A DNA stretch of 64,000 bases from an uncultured Gemmatimonadales bacterium (GCA_963798915.1 CAWCVB010000002.1:32001-96000), one strand, 5' to 3'; counted from the stretch's first letter, positions 49,983 to 59,991 are shown. The notes: generated by a model not told the origin, from the letters alone. Translations and numbers: made by a program.

Positions 49983-51284
49983 CTAGCCCGTGAGCCCGCT
50001 CTTCAGTGCGCGCATCATCAGATCGCTGAAGCGGTCGATCTCGTCCAACGTCGTGTAGACGTTCGGCGTCACGCGTACCCCGGAAAATTCCGGGTGGTTG
50101 ATGGGCGTGGTGACGATCTGGTGCTTGTCGTGCAGCCACCCCACGATGTCGTTGGCCTTGAGGCCGTCCACGGTGACCAGGCAGATGCCTGCGCCGTCGG
50201 GCGAATCCAGCGGGGTCAGGATCCGCACGCGCCCGCCACCCTCGGCGAGCAGCCGCTTGGCCCAGCGGTCCCGCAGGAAACGCAGCCGGGCCACCTTGCG
50301 CTCCACACCAATACCGCGATGAAACGCGAGCGCCGTCGCAATGGCGTTGTGGTTGGCGGCGGGATGCGTGCCAATCTCCTCGTATTTCCGCACGTTCTCG
50401 TCCATGGACGCCGGCGTCGCCATCAGGGGCCAGATGGACTTCTGCTTGTTCTTGCGCACATAGAGAAAGCCGGTGCCGATCGGCGCCAGCAGCCACTTAT
50501 GGAGACTGGTGCCGTAGTAATCGCAGCCGAGCTCGTCGCGCGTGAAGGGGAAGTGGGCAAACGCATGCGCGCCATCCACGAAGACCTGAATCCCCTTGGG
50601 ACGCGCCATGTCCACGATCTCGCGAATGGGCATGATCTGCCCGCTGAGATTGGTAATGTGGGTCACGCCGATGACCCTGGTTCTGGGCGTGATGGCCTGG
50701 GCAAACTGCTGGACCAGATACTCCTTTGACGGTGGCGGCAGCTTGAAGGCAATCTCCTTGACCACGATTCCATTCCGCCTCGCCCGCTGGTCCCAGGTGG
50801 TCAGCATGCGTGGGTAATTCTGGTTGGTGACGACTACTTCATCGCCCGGCTTGAGGTCAATTCCCTGGATCAGCGTTTCGAGCGACTCCGAGGCGTTGCG
50901 CGTGATGGCCATTTCCTCAGGGTCACAACCGAATTCCTCCGCCAGCCCCACGCGCACCGTCTCGATTCGTGGCTCCAGCACCCGCCACATGTGCTCGGCG
51001 GGGATCTCGTTGCAGAACCGCAAGTCACGGATCATCTGCTCGAGCACATGGGTCGGGGAGGGGCAGACACCACCGTTGTTCAGATTGACGATGCTGCGAT
51101 CGAGGTCGAAGGCCCGCTGGATACTGCTCCAGTAGGTCTCGTCATCCGCGAGGACCGCGGGCGAACGCTCGCCTGCAATGCTCCAGCTCTCGCGCAGCCG
51201 CCGGACCGCATGGGCATGGAACATTGGCACCGTCGCCGCGGCGCCGGTCATTGACGCCAGGAAAGACCGCCGGGAGGAATGCAT
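49983..51284 (-). CDS. Tat-exported class V PLP-dependent enzyme (isopenicillin-N epimerase/cysteine lyase-like)
   Basis: SRRSFL Tat motif; VDGAH; TSLHKWL PLP lysine. Confidence 0.88.
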   Translation of the reverse strand: MHSSRRSFLASMTGAAATVPMFHAHAVRRLRESWSIAGERSPAVLADDETYWSSIQRAFDLDRSIVNLNNGGVCPSPTHVLEQMIRDLRFCNEIPAEHMWRVLEPRIETVRVGLAEEFGCDPEEMAITRNASESLETLIQGIDLKPGDEVVVTNQNYPRMLTTWDQRARRNGIVVKEIAFKLPPPSKEYLVQQFAQAITPRTRVIGVTHITNLSGQIMPIREIVDMARPKGIQVFVDGAHAFAHFPFTRDELGCDYYGTSLHKWLLAPIGTGFLYVRKNKQKSIWPLMATPASMDENVRKYEEIGTHPAANHNAIATALAFHRGIGVERKVARLRFLRDRWAKRLLAEGGGRVRILTPLDSPDGAGICLVTVDGLKANDIVGWLHDKHQIVTTPINHPEFSGVRVTPNVYTTLDEIDRFSDLMMRALKSGLTG

Positions 51285-51404
51285 GAGATGGGCTCCGGGT
51301 CCGGAGATGGGGGAGTCCACAGATTACGCAGATTCGGGGGATGGCGTAAGAGGGTCGAGGGTCAACGGTCAACGGTCGACGCCCGACGACTATATTATCC
51401 CCGC

Positions 51405-52058
51405 ATGACGACGGCATTCAAGCGCGCCACGCTTATCGGGGCAGCCCTGCTCCTCGCGCTCGCATCGTGCGACCGACGACCGTCAACCGACGACGGACGC
51501 CCCTCCGTTGCCGACGCCGCCAGCTGGACCTTCGAACCGGGAGTGGCGTTCGGGGCGGTCAATGCCAATTCGTCCGAAGAGGATGTGATCGCGGCCTACG
51601 GCGCCGCCCAGGTCCAGCCGGAGGCGGTCTCCCTCGGCGAAGGAGAATCCGAGTCCGGCGCCGTGGTGTTCCCCAACGATCCCGAGCGCCGATTCGAGAT
51701 CGCCTGGGGCGATACCCTGCAGCGCCGGGCGCCTGCCTTCGTGCTGCTCACCGGCGACTCGACCCTCTGGCACAGCAGGCGTGGCGTCACGCTGGGCCTG
51801 TCGCTGACCCGACTGGAAGGGCTCAACGGTGGGCCTTTCGGCATGGCTGGCTACGGCTGGGACTACGGCGGCTCGGTATTGTCGTGGAAGGGCGGTCGCC
51901 TGGCGGACCTGGAAGGCAGGCTGGCACTGGCCCTTGCACCATCGAGCCCGGACGCTGACGTGTCGCACGTACTTGGAGACGGCGAATTTCTTTCCTCGGA
52001 CTCCGCCTTGCGCCGCCTCAATCCCCGGGTCAACCGCCTGGTGATCCGCTTCGAGTAA
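51405..52058 (+). CDS. hypothetical lipoprotein
   Basis: LALAS-C; LNGGPF..AGYGWDYGG. Confidence 0.75.
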   Translation: MTTAFKRATLIGAALLLALASCDRRPSTDDGRPSVADAASWTFEPGVAFGAVNANSSEEDVIAAYGAAQVQPEAVSLGEGESESGAVVFPNDPERRFEIAWGDTLQRRAPAFVLLTGDSTLWHSRRGVTLGLSLTRLEGLNGGPFGMAGYGWDYGGSVLSWKGGRLADLEGRLALALAPSSPDADVSHVLGDGEFLSSDSALRRLNPRVNRLVIRFE

Positions 52059-52534
52059 TGCCCAACCCCGGCGCCTCGCTCCTGGTTTCCTGGAAACGCC
52101 TGCGCCGCCTTCCGGGCGGCGCCTGGCTGTTCGGCAAGCTGGTAAGCAGACTGGTGCCCTATACCGGCTCCATTGCACCCCGCGTCCGCGTCCTCGAGCC
52201 GGGCCACGCCGTGGTCGCGCTCCGGGATCACCGGGCCATCCGGAATCATCTCCAGTCCATCCATGCCGTAGCGCTCATCAACCTCGGCGAATTTGCCGGC
52301 GGGTTGGCTATGCTGACCGCCCTGCCGGCCGGCCAGCGCGGGATCGTCATGTCGCTCTCGGCCGACTACACCAGAAAGGCCCGGGGAACGCTGGTAGCAG
52401 CGGCCACCGTGCCGCCCGGCACGGAGCTGACAGCGGCCGAGGATCGCGATGTGGAGGCGGTGGTGCATGACGACGCGGGTGAGGTCGTGGCCGTGGTACG
52501 GGCGCGCTGGCGCATCTCGCCGGTGGCGGAGTGA
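52058..52534 (+). CDS. DUF4442/PaaI hot-dog fold protein
   Basis: PYTGSI, NHLQSIHAVAL, YTRKARG. Confidence 0.88.
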   Translation: MPNPGASLLVSWKRLRRLPGGAWLFGKLVSRLVPYTGSIAPRVRVLEPGHAVVALRDHRAIRNHLQSIHAVALINLGEFAGGLAMLTALPAGQRGIVMSLSADYTRKARGTLVAAATVPPGTELTAAEDRDVEAVVHDDAGEVVAVVRARWRISPVAE

Positions 52535-53535
52535 CCGGCCAAGCCACTGCGCTCACCCGCCATGCCGGCATCCAGCTGCCCTTGATCTGCGGGGCCATGT
52601 ATCCCTGCAGCAATCCCGAACTGGTGGCCGCCGTGAGCGAGGCCGGGGGCATCGGCATCGTGCAGCCGCTCTCGCTCACCTATGTCCACGGCTACGACTT
52701 CCGGACCGGCATTCGCTACATCCGGCAGCTGACCCAGCGCCCGGTCGGCATGAACGCGCTCATCGAGCAATCGTCCCGGCACTACCACGAGCGGATGGAA
52801 CGCTGGGTGGATATTGCCCTCGAGGAAGGCATCCGCTTCTTCGTGACGTCGCTGGGAAATCCGCGCTGGGTCGCGCAACGCGTGCATGCTGCGGGCGGTA
52901 TCGTCTACCACGATGCCACGGAGGCAAAGTGGGCGCTCAAGGCGCGGGACGCCGGCGTCGATGGCCTCATTGCCGTCAACGCCCTTGCCGGCGGCCACCC
53001 GGGTACCCGAACGCCGGAGGCGCTGCTCGCCGAGCTGACCCCGGTCGGCTTGCCGGTCGTCTGCGCCGGCGGGGTGGGCGATGCCGCGGGCTTTGCGGCG
53101 ATGATGCGCCTGGGCTATGCCGGCGTACAGATGGGAACCCGGTTCATTGCCACCACCGAATGCCGGGCGAGTGACGCCTACAAGCGTGCGATCATTGCGG
53201 CTGATGCCGATGACATCGTCCTGACTGAGCGGATCACCGGCGTGCCCGTGGCCGTAATCCGGACGCCGTTCGTCGAGCGCATGGGAACCCGCGCCGGCGT
53301 GCTGGCCCGCTGGATGCTCCGGCATCGCCGGACCAAGCGAATCATGCGTACCATTTATGCACTTCGATCCCTCTGGCAGCTCAAGCGCGCGTCGCTGGAC
53401 GAATCGGGCGAGCGTGACTACTGGCAGGCGGGACGGAGCGTCTCGGCGGTAGATTCCATCGAGCCCGCCGGCGCGATTGTGGAACGGTGTGCCTCGGCAA
53501 GGGGAGAGGGATCAGCAGTTCGGGAGCAGGGCTGA
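52531..53535 (+). CDS. nitronate monooxygenase/FabK-like flavin oxidoreductase
   Basis: LVAAVSEAGGIG, AGGHPG, CAGGVGD, GVQMGTRF, QAGRSV. Confidence 0.9.
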   Translation: MTGQATALTRHAGIQLPLICGAMYPCSNPELVAAVSEAGGIGIVQPLSLTYVHGYDFRTGIRYIRQLTQRPVGMNALIEQSSRHYHERMERWVDIALEEGIRFFVTSLGNPRWVAQRVHAAGGIVYHDATEAKWALKARDAGVDGLIAVNALAGGHPGTRTPEALLAELTPVGLPVVCAGGVGDAAGFAAMMRLGYAGVQMGTRFIATTECRASDAYKRAIIAADADDIVLTERITGVPVAVIRTPFVERMGTRAGVLARWMLRHRRTKRIMRTIYALRSLWQLKRASLDESGERDYWQAGRSVSAVDSIEPAGAIVERCASARGEGSAVREQG

Positions 53536-53559
53536 GAGCCGAGCCTCAGCTCGTTCGCA

Positions 53560-53610
53560 CCCCAACCCCTAATCCCCAATCCCTAACCCCTAACCCTAAC
53601 CCCTAATCCC
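53560..53610. repeat. telomere-like (CCCTAA/CCCCTAA)n array abutting an ATG
   Basis: Eight C-tracts read directly. Confidence 0.85.
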
Positions 53611-53898
53611 ATGGTCACCGCCATCATCCTGTTCACCGTCTCGCGGGGCCGCGTCAACGAAGTGGCCGAGCGACTGGCGGCCATGCCCGGCGTCTCGGAA
53701 GTGTATTCCGTGGCGGGGCGTTATGACCTCGCCGCCATCGTCCGGGTCGAGCGCAACGAGGATCTGGCCGATCTGGTCACCCGCCACATGGTGGGCACCG
53801 ACGGCATCGCGGCCACGGAGACACTGATCTCCTTCCGCGCCTTCAACCGGAAGGACGTCGACGCCGGGTTTGCGCTGGGTGGTGATGCCGGGTCGTGA
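53611..53898 (+). CDS. Lrp/AsnC ligand-binding domain protein
   Basis: GVSEVYSVAGRYDLAAIVR, TETLISF. Confidence 0.9.
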   Translation: MVTAIILFTVSRGRVNEVAERLAAMPGVSEVYSVAGRYDLAAIVRVERNEDLADLVTRHMVGTDGIAATETLISFRAFNRKDVDAGFALGGDAGS

Positions 53899-53905
53899 GG
53901 GCGCT

Positions 53906-54856
53906 GTGAGCAAGGTGGAAGAACGGGATCTCGGATTCGGCTCCGTCATCGCCAATGACCGGCGCCACCGTCTGCTCAATCGCGACGGCACCTTCAATGT
54001 GATGCGGCGCCGGGGTGGCTGGCGGGCCGCGGTCAATGCCTACCACCAGCTCATCACCATGAGCTGGCCCCGCTTCTTCTGCCTCTTTGCGCTGGCCTAT
54101 CTCGGCGCCAATGCCGTTTTCGCGCTGTTGTACATGGCCCTGGGCGCGGGCGCGCTCGAGGGCGGCGCGCAGCGAGCTGGCGGCTTTGCCCAGGCGTTCT
54201 TCTTCAGTATCCAGACCTTTGCCACCATCGGATATGGTGGCATCACGCCCGTGAGCATGGCCGCCAACCTGCTGGTCAGCGGCGAGTCGCTGGTGTCGCT
54301 GATCGCCGTGGCGCTGGGCACCGGCATTGTCTTTGCGCGATTCGCGCGTCCGTTTGCTCATATCCGCTTCAGCAGCTCGGCCGTGATCGCGCCGTACCGT
54401 GACCGGACGGCCTTCATGCTTCGGATCGTGAATGAACGGAACAGCGACCTGGTCGAGGTCCAGGCCAAGGTCATCTTCAGCCGGATCGAGATGCGGTCCA
54501 GCGGTATCGCCGCCAGGGAGTTCCATCAACTCGCGCTGGAACGGGACTCGGTCTCGCTCTTTCCGCTCACCTGGACCGTGGTGCACCCGATTGACGAAGC
54601 CAGCCCGCTCGCCGGCGTCACGGCAGCATCGCTCGCGGAGAGTGACGCAGAGTTCCTGGTCCTGGTCTCCGGCACGGAGGACACCTTCTCCGAGGTGGTC
54701 CACGCGCGCACATCCTATCGTGCGAACGAGGTGCGGGTTGGCTGGCGGTTCCGCAGTCTCTTCCAGTTCCCCACGGATGGAAGCAGGCTGCGGGTGGACA
54801 TCTCCCAACTTGACCAGGTCGAGCCGGTGGCCTCGCCGAAAACGGACCTGGCATGA
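53906..54856 (+). CDS. inward-rectifier K+ channel (KirBac-like)
   Basis: FFFSIQTFATIGYG filter; WTVVHPIDEASPL; HARTSY. Confidence 0.93.
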   Translation: MSKVEERDLGFGSVIANDRRHRLLNRDGTFNVMRRRGGWRAAVNAYHQLITMSWPRFFCLFALAYLGANAVFALLYMALGAGALEGGAQRAGGFAQAFFFSIQTFATIGYGGITPVSMAANLLVSGESLVSLIAVALGTGIVFARFARPFAHIRFSSSAVIAPYRDRTAFMLRIVNERNSDLVEVQAKVIFSRIEMRSSGIAAREFHQLALERDSVSLFPLTWTVVHPIDEASPLAGVTAASLAESDAEFLVLVSGTEDTFSEVVHARTSYRANEVRVGWRFRSLFQFPTDGSRLRVDISQLDQVEPVASPKTDLA

Positions 54857-55497
54857 ACCGGCGGCCGCTCATCATCGGCGTGGCCGGCGGCTCCGGGTCG
54901 GGCAAGACCACGGTCGCCAGGGCCATTCATGCCGCCCTTGGGGTGGACGGCGCCTTCATCGACCAGGACGCCTACTATAAGGAACTGGGGCACCTGTCGC
55001 TCGACGAGCGGAAGCAGGTCAACTTCGACCACCCCGACTCCATTGATTTCGATCTCTTTCTGGAGCACCTGACCCGGTTGTCGGACGGTCAACCGATCGA
55101 GAAGCCGACCTACGATTTTGCGGCCCACACCCGCAGTGACCGGCGCGTCATGATCCCGCCCAGCGACGTCGTGCTGGTGGACGGAATATTGCTCTTTGTG
55201 GATTCGCGCCTCCGCCTGCTGTTCGACATCAAGGTGTTTGTGGACGTGGACGACGATGTCCGCTTCATCCGCCGCCTGCAGCGGGACCTGACCGAGCGGG
55301 GCCGAAGCCTTGACGATACAATCCGCCAGTACCTCACCACGGTTCGTCCCATGCACCTGGAATTTGTGGAGCCCTCCAAGCGCTACGCGGACGTGATCCT
55401 CCCAGAGGGCGGCTTCAACCAGATCGGGATCGAGATGGTGCTGGCGCGCGCCGAACTTGAACTGCGGCGGCGACAACATGGGCCCCCGCATGAGTGA
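54853..55497 (+). CDS. udk: uridine kinase
   Basis: [37 protein letters not shown]. Confidence 0.96.
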   Translation: MNRRPLIIGVAGGSGSGKTTVARAIHAALGVDGAFIDQDAYYKELGHLSLDERKQVNFDHPDSIDFDLFLEHLTRLSDGQPIEKPTYDFAAHTRSDRRVMIPPSDVVLVDGILLFVDSRLRLLFDIKVFVDVDDDVRFIRRLQRDLTERGRSLDDTIRQYLTTVRPMHLEFVEPSKRYADVILPEGGFNQIGIEMVLARAELELRRRQHGPPHE

Positions 55498-55867
55498 CAA
55501 GCCCAAGGAAGACATTGCCGTCCGGGCCCGCAACATGGGCATCGGGATGGTGAAGCGGCACATCTTCCTCTGCTGCGAGCAGACCAAGCCGAAGTGCTGC
55601 ACGCACGAGGAGGGACATGCGTCCTGGCAGTATCTCAAGGAGCGGCTGAGCGAGCTGCACCTCACCCACGAAGGCGGCATCTACCGCACCAAGGCCAACT
55701 GCCTTCGCATCTGCCAGCAGGGACCGATCGCGGTAGTCTGGCCCGACGGGATCTGGTACCGCGGCTGCACACCCGAGGTGCTGGAGCGCATCATCCAGGA
55801 ACACCTGATCGGTGGCCAGCCGGTCGAGGATTTTCGTATTCCCGTTGCGCCCGGAACGCTGGAATAA
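55490..55867 (+). CDS. thioredoxin-like [2Fe-2S] ferredoxin
   Basis: [32 protein letters not shown]. Confidence 0.92.
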   Translation: MSDKPKEDIAVRARNMGIGMVKRHIFLCCEQTKPKCCTHEEGHASWQYLKERLSELHLTHEGGIYRTKANCLRICQQGPIAVVWPDGIWYRGCTPEVLERIIQEHLIGGQPVEDFRIPVAPGTLE

Positions 55868-55977
55868 CCGCTCGTCCCACCGCGTGCAGGGCAGGTCCAT
55901 TCGTCCGTCTCCACCTTGAAAGCCATCGGTCGTCAGTCATCAGTCGACGACCGACGACCGACGACCATGGATACGTC

Positions 55978-56475
55978 ATGCGCGACGATCATCGCCCCAA
56001 GCAGGATCTCATCAACGAAGTTGTCGCACTCCGGAAGCAGGTCGCGGACCTGAAGGAGGCGTCCGTGGTGCGTTGGCGCATCGAGCAGGCATTGCGTCGT
56101 TCGGAAGAGAAGTATCGCGAACTTGTGGAACTGGCGCCGGGCGGGCTCTGCCGCCTCAACGCCGACGGCTCGCTGGAGCAGGCCAACCAGACGGTGAGCG
56201 ACCTCCTCGGCTGCGAGACTCAGACTGAGGCGCTGGATTTTGCCGCGAGCTTCGGGTTGTTCGAGGACGAACGGGAAGAGCACGAACTGTTTGACGCCCT
56301 GCGAAATGGGAGCGAGGTGCGCCGCTTTGCCATCAAGCTCCGCCGAGCCGGGGGCGGCGGTGTGCCGGTGTTTCTCTCCGGGCGCGCCCTGCGCAATAGC
56401 GACGGCTCGGTGGATGGATTCGTCCTGCTGATGACAGTGGATTCCGCCTGCGAGGAACCAGCCAGCCAGGGCTGA
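55978..56475 (+). CDS. stand-alone PAS domain protein
   Basis: Coiled coil, SEEKYRELVELAP, PAS fold; no output domain. Confidence 0.8.
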   Translation: MRDDHRPKQDLINEVVALRKQVADLKEASVVRWRIEQALRRSEEKYRELVELAPGGLCRLNADGSLEQANQTVSDLLGCETQTEALDFAASFGLFEDEREEHELFDALRNGSEVRRFAIKLRRAGGGGVPVFLSGRALRNSDGSVDGFVLLMTVDSACEEPASQG

Positions 56476-56522
56476 ACCCCAAGTCTTTGGAATCAACTGC
56501 AGGAGAGCTCCAGGTCTTTGGA

Positions 56523-56667
56523 ATCGACCGCGGAGACACAGAGCACACGGAGGAACTGCTGGGGAGTGATCGAGCAAGCCGCCGATGCGCATCTGGGGCG
56601 ATGGAACAGCACTCATCCTGAGACCACATCAAAACAACTCTGCGCTCTCTGTGCCTCTGCGGTTGAT
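56523..56667. repeat. family B inverted-repeat element
   Basis: ATCGACCGCGGAGACACAGAG ... CTCTGTGCCTCTGCGGTTGAT. Confidence 0.8.
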
Positions 56668-56750
56668 TTCAGGGAAGCCGAACCATCCGTCTGTGTTCAT
56701 TTGATATCCAGATGCATCTCCGGACGTCCCAGACCCTTCGGAGGTGCTGC

Positions 56751-58802
56751 ATGTTCCACCCGCGTCTTGGCGTCGCCGCCCTGGCTGGCGCGCTCGTATT
56801 CCTGCCCCTGGCTCGCGCCAATCCGCCCACCGGCGTGGTGGCCGGAACCGTTACGGATGAGGCCGGCAGGCCCATTGCCCGCGCCAGCGTTGCCATCATC
56901 GGCACGTCGCTCTCCAGCATCACCGACCCCGCTGGCCACTACGCCATTCCCGATGTGACACCCGGCATGCATGACGTCCGGGCCGCATTTGTCGGCTATC
57001 TCGCGGAGCGGAAGCAGGGCATCTCCGTCCACGCCGGCGATACCACGCGCGTGGACTTCGCGCTCGCCGCCAGCACCAGCCAGCTGTCGGACATTGCCGT
57101 CACAACGGCCGCGCCCCTCGCACCGCGTGACGAAGTGACGACCAAGCAACAGGTCAGCAGTGACTTCGTCGCCCATTTGCCAGTCGAGCGCATTGATCAG
57201 ACACCGGCGATGCAATCCGGTGTAGTGAGAGGCGGCAGGGTTCAGGAGACGTCGATCGAGACCGGAGCCGCCTCTGCGCAATATGGTAACGCCGCGAGCG
57301 GTGAGCTGGCGCTGCCTGCACGACGGGCGGCACACAACCCGCGATTCGTTACCCGCGACCGCTGGAACACCGAGGAGTACAAGCGGATCGAAGACAACCG
57401 CTTCCTGGCGGCGAGCTCCAATCCGCTTTCCACCTTTTCCATAGACGTGGACCGGGCTTCCTATAGCAACGTGCGGCGCTTCCTCTCCCAGGGCCAGCGT
57501 CCACCGGCCGACGCGGTGCGCATCGAGGAGCTGGTCAACTACTTCACGTACGACTACGCCGAGCCCGATGGGCGGGACCCGTTCACCATCGCGGCGGATG
57601 CTGCGCCCGCGCCGTGGAACCGGCGGCATCAGCTCGTTCGCATCGGCATCCAGGGAAAGCGCTACCGGAACCGGGAGATTCCGCCCAGCAACCTGGTCTT
57701 TCTGATCGACGTCTCCGGCTCGATGATGAGCCCCGACAAGCTGCCGCTGGTGAAGCAGGCATTCCATACCCTGGTGCATCACCTGGGCGAGCGGGATCGG
57801 GTCGCGATTGTGGTCTATGCCGGCCAGGCCGGCCTGGTGCTGCCGCCCACCTCGGGCGCGGACAAGCGAACCATTCTGTCCGCCATTGACCGCCTGGAAG
57901 CCGGCGGCTCCACCGCGGGCGGCGCCGGGATCCGGCTCGCGTATGACGTGGCGCGCCGCAGCTTCATGCCCGAGGGCAACAACCGCGTGATCCTCGCCAC
58001 CGATGGCGACTTCAATGTCGGCATCTCGAGTGAAGGCGAGCTGACCCGCCTGATCGAGGACCGCCGCAAGGACGGGACCTTCCTGACCGTGCTCGGCTTC
58101 GGCACTGGCAACTACAAGGACAGCCGCATGGAGCTGCTGGCCGACAAGGGCAACGGCAACTACGCCTACATCGACAACGCCCTGGAAGCGCAGAAGGTCT
58201 TCGGGAGCGAACTTACCGGCACGCTGTTCACCATTGCCAAGGACGTGAAGATCCAGGTCGAGTTCAACCCGTCGCGGGTCAAGGCGTACCGGCTGATCGG
58301 CTACGAGAACCGGCTGCTGGCCAAGGAAGACTTCAATGACGACACCAAGGATGCGGGCGAACTCGGTGCCGGGCATAGCGTCACGGCGTTATACGAAGTG
58401 GTGCCGGTGGATTCAGACGAAGACTTTGCGCTGATCACACCTGATTCGCTGCGCTACCAGCGGCCCACCTTCCCGGTCGACGGTCATCCAGACGAGTGGC
58501 TCACGGTGAAACTGCGCTACAAGACGCCCACGTCGGACCGCAGCCAGCTGCTTTCGCTCCGCCTCACCGACAACCAGCTGCACCATCGGCTGGATGGCGA
58601 ATTCGCCTTTGCTGCGTCGGTGGCAGAGTTCGGCATGCTGCTGCGCGACTCCGAGTTCAAGGGTGACGCCAACTGGAGCAACGTGCATGAGCTGGCACGT
58701 CGAGGCATGGGCGAAGATCCTGATGGGTTGCGGGCGGAATTTCTCTCACTGGTGGGCCGGGCGGCGCGGATGGGGGAACGGGAAACCACGCTACGGGATT
58801 GA
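56751..58802 (+). CDS. YfbK-like vWA protein with N-terminal carboxypeptidase-regulatory-like domain
   Basis: STFSIDVDRASY, LIDVSGSM (MIDAS), LATDGDFNVG, YRLIGYENR. Confidence 0.93.
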   Translation: MFHPRLGVAALAGALVFLPLARANPPTGVVAGTVTDEAGRPIARASVAIIGTSLSSITDPAGHYAIPDVTPGMHDVRAAFVGYLAERKQGISVHAGDTTRVDFALAASTSQLSDIAVTTAAPLAPRDEVTTKQQVSSDFVAHLPVERIDQTPAMQSGVVRGGRVQETSIETGAASAQYGNAASGELALPARRAAHNPRFVTRDRWNTEEYKRIEDNRFLAASSNPLSTFSIDVDRASYSNVRRFLSQGQRPPADAVRIEELVNYFTYDYAEPDGRDPFTIAADAAPAPWNRRHQLVRIGIQGKRYRNREIPPSNLVFLIDVSGSMMSPDKLPLVKQAFHTLVHHLGERDRVAIVVYAGQAGLVLPPTSGADKRTILSAIDRLEAGGSTAGGAGIRLAYDVARRSFMPEGNNRVILATDGDFNVGISSEGELTRLIEDRRKDGTFLTVLGFGTGNYKDSRMELLADKGNGNYAYIDNALEAQKVFGSELTGTLFTIAKDVKIQVEFNPSRVKAYRLIGYENRLLAKEDFNDDTKDAGELGAGHSVTALYEVVPVDSDEDFALITPDSLRYQRPTFPVDGHPDEWLTVKLRYKTPTSDRSQLLSLRLTDNQLHHRLDGEFAFAASVAEFGMLLRDSEFKGDANWSNVHELARRGMGEDPDGLRAEFLSLVGRAARMGERETTLRD

Positions 58803-58810
58803 CGCAATCG

Positions 58811-58864
58811 GGCATGCGTAGGGGCAAAGCCATGGCTTTGCCCCTACGCATGCCGTGCCCCTAT
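58811..58864. repeat. GTAG-type REP / 44-bp perfect palindrome between convergent genes
   Basis: GGCATGCGTAGGGGCAAAGCCA|TGGCTTTGCCCCTACGCATGCC. Confidence 0.85.
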
Positions 58865-59991
58865 ACCCCGTCCTCGTCCCGATCATCGTCCTCGGCGCCG
58901 ATCCAGCCGCGGTGCCGGAAGTAGAGCAGCATGCCGGTGGCCGTGGCGATCATGGCTCCGCAGAATACCCACCAGGCGCCGTGCCACTGCAGACCTGGCA
59001 AGTACCGGAAGTTCATCCCGTACACGCCGGCCAGAAAGGTGAGCGGGATGAAGATACTCGCCATGATGGTCAGGACCTTCATGACTTCGTTGGTTCGCTG
59101 TCCGGTGCTGGAGAGATAGATATCCATCAGCCCTGAGGTCAGTTCGCGATAGCTCTCGACCAGGTCGGCGATCTGCGCGGCGTGATCGAGAGTGTCTCGC
59201 AGATAGACCCGTACCGCCTCGGTCACCAGCGGCGTCTCCTCGCGAATCAGCGCATTGACGGCCTCCCGCTGGGGCCACGCCGCCCGGCGAATACCGAGCA
59301 ATTCCCGCCGCATCATGTGGATGCGGCGCAGCCCGCGCGGGGTGGGCCGCGTGAGGATCGCTTCTTCCAGCTCATACAGCTGGTCGCCGATGGTCTCGAT
59401 CAGCGGATAATAGGCATCGATTACCGTGTCGATCAGCGCGTACGCCAGGTAATCGGGGCCCATGGTGCGGATCGGACCCTTGCCGACCCGAATCCGTTTC
59501 CGTACCGGATCGAAGACGTCGCCGTAGCGCTCCTGGAAGGTCAGCACGTAATTGCGGCCGATGAAGAAGCTGACCTGCTCCGCATCCACCTGCTCCTCGT
59601 CACCCACCCGGGCCATCCGGGCCACGAAGAGATGCTGGTCTTCATAGCTCTCGGACTTGGGACGCTGGGGCACGTTGACCGCGTCTTCCAGCGCCAGCGG
59701 ATGGATGTCGAAGATCTCGGCGATCTGCCGCAGCACCGCCTCATCACCCAGGCCCTGCACGTCCACCCAGGTGACACCCTTGGCGTTGGCGTAGCGGCGC
59801 AGCTCGTCGGGGCTCGCTGCATCGTGCTCCTGCAGGCCTTCGGTGGTATAGCACATCAGATGAACGACCGGCTTGGGCGCATCGGGCTCCATCATCAGGG
59901 TGCCGGGCATGGCGCCCACCGGAGGATGCCGCTTCCGGAAGGTGAAGAGCCGAGCGGCACCAGCGACGACAGGCTGACGAAGCAGATTCAC
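58861..59991 (-). CDS. corA: magnesium/cobalt transporter CorA
   Basis: HPLALED, QRPKSE, NEVMKVLT, GVYGMNF. Confidence 0.96.
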   Translation of the reverse strand: MNLLRQPVVAGAARLFTFRKRHPPVGAMPGTLMMEPDAPKPVVHLMCYTTEGLQEHDAASPDELRRYANAKGVTWVDVQGLGDEAVLRQIAEIFDIHPLALEDAVNVPQRPKSESYEDQHLFVARMARVGDEEQVDAEQVSFFIGRNYVLTFQERYGDVFDPVRKRIRVGKGPIRTMGPDYLAYALIDTVIDAYYPLIETIGDQLYELEEAILTRPTPRGLRRIHMMRRELLGIRRAAWPQREAVNALIREETPLVTEAVRVYLRDTLDHAAQIADLVESYRELTSGLMDIYLSSTGQRTNEVMKVLTIMASIFIPLTFLAGVYGMNFRYLPGLQWHGAWWVFCGAMIATATGMLLYFRHRGWIGAEDDDRDEDGV

